A DNA stretch of 64,000 nt, from positions 50,398 through 114,397 of the forward strand of contig CAMOZB010000004.1 of assembly GCA_946630725.1 (NCBI GenBank), written 5' to 3'. Under the pieces are notes generated by a model that searched no databases, was not told the origin of the DNA, and saw only the letters and a program-made list of their open reading frames with translations. Below, piece by piece: positions 57,960 through 64,000 of this stretch (positions within the stretch are counted from its first letter, which is position 1; every line of letters starts with the position of its first letter). Origin of the DNA: an uncultured Lachnospiraceae bacterium. GTDB lineage: Bacteria > Bacillota > Clostridia > Lachnospirales > Lachnospiraceae. The position numbers and the translations under genes were made by a program.

Positions 57960-58107
57960 CGGCACAGCCGCCTTTGTACCAATCTTGCTACGCAAGCTTG
58001 CAAGACTTGACAAGCAAGTCTTGGTTCCACTACGTGGAACGTATCTGTCTTCGACAGACCCACGATTCTTCGAATCGTGAGCTGTATCAGGCCGAGCTTC
58101 GACTCGA
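57960..58107 (-). other. Back-to-back hairpin array with conserved C-GNA-G triloops (minus-strand sense); candidate structured ncRNA or ssDNA-structured site
   Basis: Perfect stems lie at 57960-70, 57984-96, 58001-23, 58024-40, 58044-58, 58061-79 and 58093-106. The segment 57938-58107 is about 54% G+C by my hand count. It has no RBS or credible ORF. Confidence 0.5.
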
Positions 58108-58108
58108 A

Positions 58109-58161
58109 TGTCCCACTGGGACATTCTTGCAGCAAAGCTGCAGTCTCGCCGTTCGATTCCC
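58109..58161. repeat. 53-bp direct repeat, copy 2
   Basis: It is identical (53/53) to 57866-57918. Confidence 0.95.
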
Positions 58162-58171
58162 TATATTATAC

Positions 58172-58210
58172 AAAAAAACAGTCACAAGCTAAAGCTTGTA
58201 ACTGTTTTTT
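58172..58210 (-). terminator. Intrinsic terminator after tRNA-Glu (bidirectional shape)
   Basis: On the minus strand: CAGTTACAAGCT-TT-AGCTTGTGACTG, a 12-bp stem with 1 mismatch, followed by TTTTTTT. Confidence 0.75.
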
Positions 58211-58211
58211 G

Positions 58212-58283
58212 TAGTCCGTAGGGGAATCGAACCCCTGTTTCCGCCGTGAGAGGGCGGCGTCTTAGCCGCTTGACCAACGGACC
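58212..58283 (-). tRNA. tRNA-Glu (anticodon CUC)
   Basis: The minus strand reads GGTCCGTTGGTCAAGCGGCTAAGACGCCGCCCTCTCACGGCGGAAACAGGGGTTCGATTCCCCTACGGACTA. The cloverleaf folds by hand: anticodon arm CCGCC-CTCTCAC-GGCGG and T-arm AGGGG-TTCGATT-CCCCT. It is close to the Bacillus tRNA-Glu sequence I remember. No CCA is encoded. Confidence 0.9.
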
Positions 58284-58301
58284 ATATTCACAACGAATGT
58301 T

Positions 58302-58330
58302 ATAATAACAGACTTGTGAATGTTTTGCAA
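58302..58330 (-). promoter_or_regulatory. Sigma-A-type promoter candidate for tRNA-Glu
   Basis: On the minus strand: TTGCAA (58330-25), a 17-nt spacer, then TATTAT (58307-02). It lies about 18 nt upstream of the mature tRNA 5' end. Confidence 0.5.
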
Positions 58331-58368
58331 GGAAAAAATTAATTTTTTTTGAAAAATATATAAAAACC

Positions 58369-59565
58369 TTATTTCAGCCACACTACTTCAGCTTCTTCAA
58401 TTGCTTTATCTATAAGGGCTTCGACCTTACCTACGAGGTGACTTTCGGACTTTTCTATTGATTTCATCTTCGGTTTTGTTACCGGATGCTTGTCAACAAA
58501 GATTGTACAGCAATCCTCATAAGGCTCTATAGATGTTTCAAATGTACCTATCTTCTGTGAATATTCTACAATCTCCTGCTTATCCATACCTATAACAGGT
58601 CTGTATACAGGGCATGTAACAGCTGAATCGATAACACTCAGGCTCTGCATAGTCTGTGAGGAAACCTGACCTATGGATTCTCCTGTTACTATTGCATCAC
58701 AGCCGTTTGCCTCAGCGAGTCTCTCAGCTATCTGGAAGAATATACGTTTCATTATAATAGTCAGCTGATCATGTGGGCAGTTATCATATATACAAAGCTG
58801 AATATCAGTAAAATTAATTATATGAAGCTTTATCGGACCGGCATACTGTGAAACGATTGTACCAAGCTTTTCTACCTTCTCAAGTGCTCTTGCTGAAGTA
58901 TATGGAGGTGAATTGAAGTATACTGCCTCCATCTCAACTCCACGTTTTGCTATCATATATGTTGCTACAGGGCTGTCGATACCTCCTGACAGAAGTGACA
59001 TAGCTTTACCGTTTGTTCCGACAGGAAGTCCACCTGGACCCGGAATGATTTTCGAATAAACATAACCATTCTCGCCACGAAGTTCAACCTCAACCATAAC
59101 ATCCGGCTTATGGACATCAACTCTTAATCCATCTGACTCATACTTCTCAAGAAGATCATGACCTATCTCCATATCTATTTCCATAGAATTCATAGGGAAA
59201 TTCTTATTTATCCTACGTGTATGAACCTTGAAGGTAAAATTATAGTCTCCGTCAAATGTATCCTCGAAATGCTCATACACAGCCTTCTGCAAAGCCTCAT
59301 ACGTAAGCTCATCGGCCACGGTTACAGGACAGAGTCCTACTATTCCGAAGATTTTTGTAAGCTTTGCGACAGCGTCGTCATAGTCATAATCGGAAAGGGC
59401 TTCTATATAGATACGACCGAAATCACGCCAAACCTTGAACTCGCCTAACGGCTCAAGTCTTCTTCTTATCCTCTTACAAAGTATATCCTCGAACACATAC
59501 CTGTTCTTACCCTTAGTTCCGATTTCAGCATATCTTACAAGAAACATTTTTATATTATTCATCAT
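58369..59565 (-). CDS. thiI: tRNA 4-thiouridine(8) synthase ThiI (no rhodanese domain)
   Basis: 398 aa with an N-terminal ferredoxin-like/THUMP region (VRYAEIGTKGKNR) and the PP-loop SGGIDSPVA. Confidence 0.93.
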   Translation of the reverse strand: MMNNIKMFLVRYAEIGTKGKNRYVFEDILCKRIRRRLEPLGEFKVWRDFGRIYIEALSDYDYDDAVAKLTKIFGIVGLCPVTVADELTYEALQKAVYEHFEDTFDGDYNFTFKVHTRRINKNFPMNSMEIDMEIGHDLLEKYESDGLRVDVHKPDVMVEVELRGENGYVYSKIIPGPGGLPVGTNGKAMSLLSGGIDSPVATYMIAKRGVEMEAVYFNSPPYTSARALEKVEKLGTIVSQYAGPIKLHIINFTDIQLCIYDNCPHDQLTIIMKRIFFQIAERLAEANGCDAIVTGESIGQVSSQTMQSLSVIDSAVTCPVYRPVIGMDKQEIVEYSQKIGTFETSIEPYEDCCTIFVDKHPVTKPKMKSIEKSESHLVGKVEALIDKAIEEAEVVWLK

Positions 59566-59566
59566 C

Positions 59567-60718
59567 TCATCCTCTCACATAGTGTCTCAGCATTGGAAGA
59601 AGCTGTTTTATGGTATCTATAGCATAATCAACCTCATCATTAGTATTCTCCTCACCAAAACTGAATCTAAGTGTTGATTCAAGTCTCTTCTTATCCAGTC
59701 CGATAGCAGATAAAACCGCGGACTCCTTACTCTTATTGGATGAGCAGGCAGATCCGGATGAGACATAAATTCCCTTATCTTCAAGTGCATGCAGCATAAC
59801 CTCAGCTCTGACTCCGACAAAGCTTATACTGGCTATATGAGGAGCACCGTTTTCCATATCTGTATTTGAATAAACGTCCTCAATCTCAGTAAGTCCGTTT
59901 ATCAGCTTATCACGAAGAGCTCTTATATGCTCTATCTTCTTATCAAAATCAGCAAATGTAAGCATAACTGCTTTTCCGAGTCCGGAAATAGCAGGAACAT
60001 TCTCAGTACCGGAACGCATATTCTTCTGCTGACCGCCCCCATAGATAATTGGTCTGATAAGTGTTCCCTTCTTTATATACAGGAAACCTGAGCCCTTAGG
60101 ACCATGAATCTTATGTCCTGATACACTGAGCAGATCACAGCCTATATTCTTCGGAATAACCTCTATCTTGCCAAATGACTGTATAGCATCTACATGAAAG
60201 TATACATTAGGATTCTTTGATTTTACGGCTTTTGCTATCTCTGTAACAGGCATGACTGAACCTATCTCATTATTTACATGCATACAGGAAACAAGTATAG
60301 TATCATCCCTCACAGCATCCTTGAAGGCTTCCGGAGAAACTATTCCTTTTTCATCACTTGGAATGTAAGTAACCTCATAGCCCTCTCTGATAAGAAACTG
60401 CATAACTGCAGAAACTGATGCATGTTCTACAGATGAAACAACGATATGCCTGCCCGAACGTTTCTTGGCAAGAGCAGAACCTATAATAGCCATATTGTTT
60501 GATTCTGTTCCACCCGAGGTAAAAACAACCTCCTCCGGAAGACATTTAAGAATCCTGCAGACTGACCCGGCAGCGTCCTTAACTATATGCTCGGCATCAA
60601 GTCCCTTAAGATGCATGGATGAGGGATTTCCATAGTCTGTTTTCATAGCGTTTACAACTGCTTCAATCACCTCATCATAAGGCCTTGTAGTCGCAGAATT
60701 ATCAAAATAGATTTCCAT
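59567..60718 (-). CDS. Cysteine desulfurase (NifS/NifZ/IscS class), ThiI partner
   Basis: 383 aa. It has YFDNSATT, the PLP lysine in SVSGHKIHGPKG and the active-site Cys in SSGSACSS. It is immediately upstream of thiI, like the B. subtilis nifZ-thiI pair. Confidence 0.9.
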   Translation of the reverse strand: MEIYFDNSATTRPYDEVIEAVVNAMKTDYGNPSSMHLKGLDAEHIVKDAAGSVCRILKCLPEEVVFTSGGTESNNMAIIGSALAKKRSGRHIVVSSVEHASVSAVMQFLIREGYEVTYIPSDEKGIVSPEAFKDAVRDDTILVSCMHVNNEIGSVMPVTEIAKAVKSKNPNVYFHVDAIQSFGKIEVIPKNIGCDLLSVSGHKIHGPKGSGFLYIKKGTLIRPIIYGGGQQKNMRSGTENVPAISGLGKAVMLTFADFDKKIEHIRALRDKLINGLTEIEDVYSNTDMENGAPHIASISFVGVRAEVMLHALEDKGIYVSSGSACSSNKSKESAVLSAIGLDKKRLESTLRFSFGEENTNDEVDYAIDTIKQLLPMLRHYVRG

Positions 60719-60741
60719 TTGATCATATCCTTTTCATAATA

Positions 60742-60796
60742 AAAACGTCGTATTATACCTTCCGAAATAATACAGTTGGTATAATACGACATTTTT
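60742..60796 (-). terminator. Intrinsic terminator after the cell-wall-binding protein gene
   Basis: A 13-bp perfect stem GTCGTATTATACC/GGTATAATACGAC (60747-59/60778-90). It is flanked by A- and T-runs, and the minus strand has TTTTTA after the stem. Confidence 0.65.
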
Positions 60797-60829
60797 AATT
60801 AAATATCCAGTAAATATTGTTACTTAGTT

Positions 60830-61861
60830 TTATTCACTAAAATAATGCCATTCATTTGTATCATCATAGTATCCGCTCTTTTCGGCGTTATATTGACCAT
60901 TTTCATCAAAATAAGACCAAGTACTTCCTTCTTCTCTATCATAAGGTGTTTGTACCCATTCATTACAAGCCATATATCCATCAGCTTTGAAATAATAGTA
61001 TATACCGTCTATCGAAATTTCAGTATCTGATGGATACCAACCAGATGTATCACTATACCACCATCCTGTACTGTCGCTATTCCAGCTTCCTGTAGGACCA
61101 TATGTCTGTGTACCATCCTCACTTATATAATATCCATCTATCCAGCAATTAGTTTCATAAATTCCGTAATCATTGAAATAATACCAAAAACCGTTAACCT
61201 CAAACCATTCATTGTAAGCCATGTAACCATCAGGTTTAAAATAGAACCAAGCTGAATCAATCTTTAGCCAGCAGTCATAAGGATACCAGCCAAGCGTATC
61301 CTGAAACCAGGTACCGCTTCCTGATCCCTGCCAGGAACCTATGCCTTCATATCCTCTTGAACCGTTTGCGTCAAAATACTGTCCGTCAACCCATTCATCA
61401 TAATAATTACATACAAAGTGAAGGTATATTACATATTCATTAAATTCTTTATCATACTTGAATTCTGATTTGTTTACTGTAATACTATCCTCTAGGCCAT
61501 ATAACTTATCTATATGGTTTTTACCGATACCCTTAGCATAATTAAGAACTATATTATTACTATCCTCATTATAATCATCTAATAGATATATCTTTTCATT
61601 ATCATATTTATCAGGATCTTCAGGAATAGCCTCCTTTACAAATTTAAATGTCGCATTTCCTTTAGAGTCAAAACTTATATCCGTAAAAACTTTAACTGCA
61701 TAAGCATATCCACCATTAGAAAAACCATCAATTCTAATAGTATAGAATGTCTCTTCTTCGGCGTTAACTTCCTTAACAGGACCTGTCCATCCAAGAACAC
61801 CTACTGCGATAAAAAGCGTAAGTACAAACGCAATTATCCTTTTTCCTTTAAATCTTCCCAT
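60830..61861 (-). CDS. Secreted cell-wall-binding repeat (CW_binding_1 type) protein
   Basis: 343 aa with a signal peptide. An N-terminal domain of about 150 aa is unknown. It is followed by aromatic repeats (WFYFKPDGYMAYNEW, WYYFNDYG, YYYFKADGYMACNEW). Confidence 0.7.
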   Translation of the reverse strand: MGRFKGKRIIAFVLTLFIAVGVLGWTGPVKEVNAEEETFYTIRIDGFSNGGYAYAVKVFTDISFDSKGNATFKFVKEAIPEDPDKYDNEKIYLLDDYNEDSNNIVLNYAKGIGKNHIDKLYGLEDSITVNKSEFKYDKEFNEYVIYLHFVCNYYDEWVDGQYFDANGSRGYEGIGSWQGSGSGTWFQDTLGWYPYDCWLKIDSAWFYFKPDGYMAYNEWFEVNGFWYYFNDYGIYETNCWIDGYYISEDGTQTYGPTGSWNSDSTGWWYSDTSGWYPSDTEISIDGIYYYFKADGYMACNEWVQTPYDREEGSTWSYFDENGQYNAEKSGYYDDTNEWHYFSE

Positions 61862-61952
61862 CTTATTTACCCCCTTTTATTGGATATTAAAATTACCTAT
61901 TAATTATATCATATTTCCTATAACGTAGATATATAAAAAATATAATTTTTCT

Positions 61953-62759
61953 CTAATCATCCATAACAAACGAAAGCACAGACATAATAGCCAGTCCCGC
62001 TGTTTCAGTTCTTAATATTCGATGACCAAGCGACATAGTCCTGGCTCCAATTTCCTGAAGCTTATTAGCTTCAGAATCCGAAAATCCACCTTCCGGACCG
62101 ATAAAAATACCAATAGACAGTTTCTCCGAAGCCTCGTCCTTATTTCTGTTATGTATCTGATCACAAACATCATCTATTATAGCTCTGCTTTCCTTCATTC
62201 CTTCAGCAGCTTCATAAGGGAAAAGAATAACATCCATATGAGCTTCAGCAAAAGCCATGGCATCCTTCATGCTCATATAGTCCATAATCTTAGGTATGAT
62301 ACCACGTCTGGATTGTTTAGATGCAGCTTCAGAGATCGAGTTATATCTCGTAAGCCTTTTTTCCATCTTCTTATCAGCCTTTACATTGCTGCCCTGATCA
62401 AATTTAACTATGGTTCTGTCCATCATAACGGGAACTATCGCATGGACGCCCAGTTCAACACATTTTTGGACAATCAGTTCCATCTTATCCCCTTTTGGAA
62501 CGCCCTGAAACAGATAGATATCCGCTGGAAGTTCAGCATTGTTATCGAGAATATCAACTATGTCGGCCATTATATAAGAAGCTCCATCAGAGGCTATCTC
62601 AGCTATAGAACAAACAAAGTCTCTGGAGCTTCCGTCACTTACGGTTATCTCGTCTCCCAAACCAAGCCTAAGAACATTTAATATATGATTAACATCATCA
62701 CCGGTTATCCTTATCTGTTTATCAGCATCAGAACAACCATCCACATAAAATCTATGCAT
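61953..62759 (-). CDS. rsmE: 16S rRNA (uracil1498-N3)-methyltransferase RsmE
   Basis: The start is trimmed to ATG 62759, with AGGAG 6 nt upstream. This gives the canonical MHRFYVD.. start. The C-terminal SPOUT motif is GPEGGFS..E...L....G...SLG.RILRTETA. Confidence 0.88.
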   Translation of the reverse strand: MHRFYVDGCSDADKQIRITGDDVNHILNVLRLGLGDEITVSDGSSRDFVCSIAEIASDGASYIMADIVDILDNNAELPADIYLFQGVPKGDKMELIVQKCVELGVHAIVPVMMDRTIVKFDQGSNVKADKKMEKRLTRYNSISEAASKQSRRGIIPKIMDYMSMKDAMAFAEAHMDVILFPYEAAEGMKESRAIIDDVCDQIHNRNKDEASEKLSIGIFIGPEGGFSDSEANKLQEIGARTMSLGHRILRTETAGLAIMSVLSFVMDD

Positions 62760-62788
62760 TTTTAACTCCTGTGTAATACTTTGGTGCA

Positions 62789-63952
62789 TTATTTTGCTAC
62801 GATACAAACCCATTCATTTTCACGTGTTATATCCACAATATGAAACCCGTTCTGAATAAGGGCATCCTTAACAGCATCCTCCTTACTCTCGCTGATTCCG
62901 GATGTGATAAAGACTCCACCATCAGCCATATAATCTCTTATTATTGTTGATAATGGTATGATTACATCAGCCAGAATATTCGCTACAACTATATCATACC
63001 TTCTGGCGGGAACAGGATCAGCCTCACCAAGCTGAATATCTACCATCATAGCAGCATTATCCGGATTTATAGGAGAAGCTATCCCCGAACCGAGACTTGC
63101 CTTTTCCATTTTAGCTTTATTATCTCCTTCACTCAGAAAGTTTTCAGCTATCCTGTTGTCTGCAAGCAGATTACCACAGGAGAATTCAATCCTGTCAGAA
63201 TCAAGTCCACTGGCCTTAGCATTTATTCTACCGGCCTTAACTGCCTGAGGATCAATATCCAGGCCATGTACATAGCCTGCACCAAGTAAACACGACGCTA
63301 TGGCGAGTATTCCGGAACCACAGCCAACATCAAAAACAGACTTTTTGTCACTTGAAGACTGCAAATCACATTCTGACAGATAATTATGAAGCTGTCCCAG
63401 ACAAAGCCTGGTCGTCTCATGAGTTCCTGTACCGAAGGCTGTTACAGTCTCAATCCTTATTACCTTGTCATCACTTCTAAGCTCAAAGCCTTCTAGGTTT
63501 TTATATGCCTTAAGAGTATCATATACATCTGATTCTTCATCTATGACAGGCATAATAACGATATCATCATAAAGTCTAGCAGGTTTAAAGTTTTCCTTAA
63601 ACTTATCATTCCATGTAGAGTCATCAGTAGTATTTTCAACCGTTATATTTCCTGTTCCAATAGGGAGAAACTCTGAAAGCCTTATCAGTTCATCATGTAC
63701 CTTCTTTTTAAGCTCCGATATCCTGCTTTTATCATAAGAATCATCCAGATAACAAGAAACCTTAGCAGAACCATCATCATCACCAAGAGTAAGCGGTATA
63801 TCAACAAACATCTGCTTTATCTCATCTCCGGTAAGAGGTACATTATCCTCTATCTGCACACCCTCGATTCCAAGCTCACTTAAAAATTCAGAAAGAATAT
63901 CAACTACCTCTGTGCTTGTCTCAATACTGAATCTAGTCCAAATCATAATCAT
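62789..63952 (-). CDS. prmA: Ribosomal protein L11 methyltransferase PrmA (with internal insertion)
   Basis: 387 aa. It has a PrmA N-terminus (W.RFSIETSTEVVDILSEFLSELGIEGVQIED) and the SAM motif VFDVGCGSGILAI. An extra segment of about 60 aa precedes the final motif YDIVVANI. Confidence 0.88.
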   Translation of the reverse strand: MIMIWTRFSIETSTEVVDILSEFLSELGIEGVQIEDNVPLTGDEIKQMFVDIPLTLGDDDGSAKVSCYLDDSYDKSRISELKKKVHDELIRLSEFLPIGTGNITVENTTDDSTWNDKFKENFKPARLYDDIVIMPVIDEESDVYDTLKAYKNLEGFELRSDDKVIRIETVTAFGTGTHETTRLCLGQLHNYLSECDLQSSSDKKSVFDVGCGSGILAIASCLLGAGYVHGLDIDPQAVKAGRINAKASGLDSDRIEFSCGNLLADNRIAENFLSEGDNKAKMEKASLGSGIASPINPDNAAMMVDIQLGEADPVPARRYDIVVANILADVIIPLSTIIRDYMADGGVFITSGISESKEDAVKDALIQNGFHIVDITRENEWVCIVAK

Positions 63953-64000
63953 ACCTTCCTAATTTTACTTCCGAATTCTATAACAACATAGATTATTATA

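Noticed and set aside
57866-58161. A possible CRISPR array, given identical repeats with intervening sequence.
   Set aside because: There are only two copies. The repeat is 53 bp and the spacing is about 190 bp, which is outside CRISPR geometry. No cas genes are present in the window.
57804-58192. Three overlapping track ORFs of about 100 aa (57804-58124 -, 57839-58135 -, 57884-58192 +) in the tRNA-Glu-adjacent island.
   Set aside because: They overlap each other in different frames and strands and lack RBSs. Their repeated peptides (for example LLQECPSGT and QQSCSLAVRFP) simply mirror the 53-bp DNA repeat. The open frames are explained by locally higher G+C, which gives fewer stop codons. 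The region is better explained as non-coding structure.
57938-58283. An intact genomic island or prophage integrated at tRNA-Glu.
   Set aside because: The duplicated tRNA end is only 260 bp from the gene. No integrase, excisionase, phage or conjugation genes occur anywhere in the window. At most this is a scar or a mini-element.

Overview
This is a low-GC Firmicute chromosomal segment. Gene content and the xylan and sugar genes suggest a Lachnospiraceae (Butyrivibrio-like) organism, but that is inference only. Nearly all genes lie on the minus strand and are core housekeeping. The blocks are: a 3'-truncated PBP2 missing from the ORF track (1-2843), mreD, mreC and radC; a YnbB-like PLP enzyme, miaA, mutL, mutS, miaB, nadE, recU, an RluA-family synthase and an RsmF-like methylase; galE; a YtfJ/DUF2953 five-gene operon (22070-26240); hisF and hisH; a two-component system; trmD, rimM, a KH protein, rpsP, ffh and ylxM; mtaB (plus strand) and a MATE pump; thiI and a cysteine desulfurase; rsmE and prmA. 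One accessory block (26.4-38.8 kb) is a sugar/xyloside locus: YesL-like protein, AraC regulator, CUT1 ABC importer, mutarotase, xylulokinase, FucI-family isomerase, transaldolase and GH3. It is followed by a 1404-aa double-ATPase/dehydratase-like fusion and a GNAT. Two tRNAs are present: Leu-CAA (21949-22032, +) and Glu-CUC (58212-58283, -). I see no CRISPR array, transposase, integrase, reverse transcriptase, rRNA or recognisable defence genes, and no convincing novel protein-coding system. The least explained signals are non-coding. (i) A GC-elevated island beside tRNA-Glu (57866-58211) holds a perfect 53-bp direct repeat, a duplicated tRNA-Glu 3' fragment and a back-to-back hairpin array with conserved C-GNA-G triloops. 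(ii) A 176-bp element with 21-bp terminal inverted repeats lies between convergent genes (43712-43887) and shares sequence blocks with the mutS-mutL spacer. (iii) Identically spaced direct-repeat operator candidates sit upstream of both sugar operons. All functional readings are hypotheses, because I ran no searches or folding programs.
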